From Candidatus Adlerbacteria bacterium (GTDB lineage Bacteria > Patescibacteriota > Minisyncoccia > Phycocordibacterales > SBAW01), in contig CAIUOD010000038.1 of assembly GCA_903900775.1 (NCBI GenBank), forward strand, positions 1-49,948: a stretch of DNA of 49,948 nucleotides. Reading direction: 5' to 3'. Below the pieces are notes generated by a model, which did no database searches, was not told the origin of the DNA, and saw only the letters and a program-made list of their open reading frames with translations. The position numbers and the translations under genes are program-made. This document shows, one piece after another, positions 49,555 through 49,948 of this stretch (positions within the stretch are counted from its first letter, which is position 1; every line of letters starts with the position of its first letter).

Positions 49555-49948
49555 AATTTTTATCACGCGAGGGTTGGTACTCGGCAAGCGCGCGGCGGGG
49601 GAGGCGAACATTATCGCGCTCGTGCTCTGTGATGAGTTGGGGTTCGTGCGTGGTCGCGCGCAGAGCGCGCGGCTGGAGCGCTCAAAGCTGCGCTATGGGC
49701 TCGAGTCGCTCTCGCGTGGGCGCTTCACTTTTGTACGCGGGCGGCACGAGTGGCGGCTTATCGGCTCCTGTGAGCTCAGCCACGACTGCATCGCTCCCAC
49801 AACACCAGGTCGTGCCTCGGGGAGAGCGCGTGCTGGCCGGATAGCCAAATTACTCATGCGGCTGATGCCGGGTGAAGAGCCGGTGCCAGGCTTATTTGGC
49901 GAAGTAGTTGAAGGGCTCCGAGTGCTTGCGCGAGCGCAGGCGGAAGAA
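49547..49948 (+). CDS. recO: DNA repair protein RecO-like, N-terminal part (runs off window)
   Basis: Absent from the ORF track (no stop in window). The ATG at 49547 overlaps the ileS stop. MHKIFITRGLVLGKRAAGEANIIALVLCDELGFVRGRAQSARLERSKLRYGLESLSRGRFTFVRGRHEWRLIG.. fits the RecO OB-fold N-terminal pattern. Confidence 0.55.
   Translation, partial: MHKIFITRGLVLGKRAAGEANIIALVLCDELGFVRGRAQSARLERSKLRYGLESLSRGRFTFVRGRHEWRLIGSCELSHDCIAPTTPGRASGRARAGRIAKLLMRLMPGEEPVPGLFGEVVEGLRVLARAQAEE

Noticed and set aside
1-49948. Alternative genetic code (UGA recoded, as in some CPR lineages)
   Set aside because: Conserved genes such as dnaA terminate at TGA at the expected protein lengths, and no conserved gene is interrupted by in-frame TGA.

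Overview
This is 49.9 kb of a dense, moderately GC-rich bacterial chromosome. It uses the standard code (TGA serves as a stop, for example at dnaA). Its hallmarks fit a Candidate Phyla Radiation / Patescibacteria (Parcubacteria-like) genome. These include short forms of YidC, YebC, MurE and a HolA-like protein, a lone type IV pilus ATPase, secreted PG-binding proteins, a CofE-like ligase beside folate genes, and no rplA after rplK. The gene order is as follows. The replication-origin neighbourhood comes first (jag-yidC-rnpA-rpmH divergent from dnaA-dnaN, with DnaA boxes). Next are PBP1A, tyrS, the yebC-ruvC and ruvB units, pilB, tsaE-polA-holA-like, murE-ruvA and rpsT. Eight tRNA genes are scattered through the middle (Lys-TTT, Arg-CCG, Arg-GCG, Ser-TGA, Arg-TCT, Val-TAC, Leu-GAG, His-GTG). 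Envelope genes follow (L,D-transpeptidase/DD-carboxypeptidase fusion, CAX, MscL, DsbA, SIMPL), then secE-nusG-rplK. A complete thymidylate-cycle cluster comes next (cofE-like, folA, CYTH, dcd, thyA, nudix, glyA), followed by argS-ileS-recO. No CRISPR array, rRNA, transposase or integrase was seen. The most unusual observation is an otherwise intact isoleucyl-tRNA synthetase carrying a nested ~195-aa histidine-phosphatase (PGAM-like) domain with all catalytic signature blocks. Other notable items:
- a minimal SET-domain methyltransferase directly downstream of an ECF sigma factor
- a G1 (eqolisin) glutamic peptidase
- an archaeal-style tRNA-Arg(GCG)
- two HNH endonuclease genes each abutting a tRNA gene
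- a terminator-bounded divergent pair of tiny genes
- a repeat-rich 316-bp intergenic region that may encode a structured RNA
- low-GC patches that coincide with the accessory genes
All calls come from reading the sequence and from motif recognition by memory. No database search was run.
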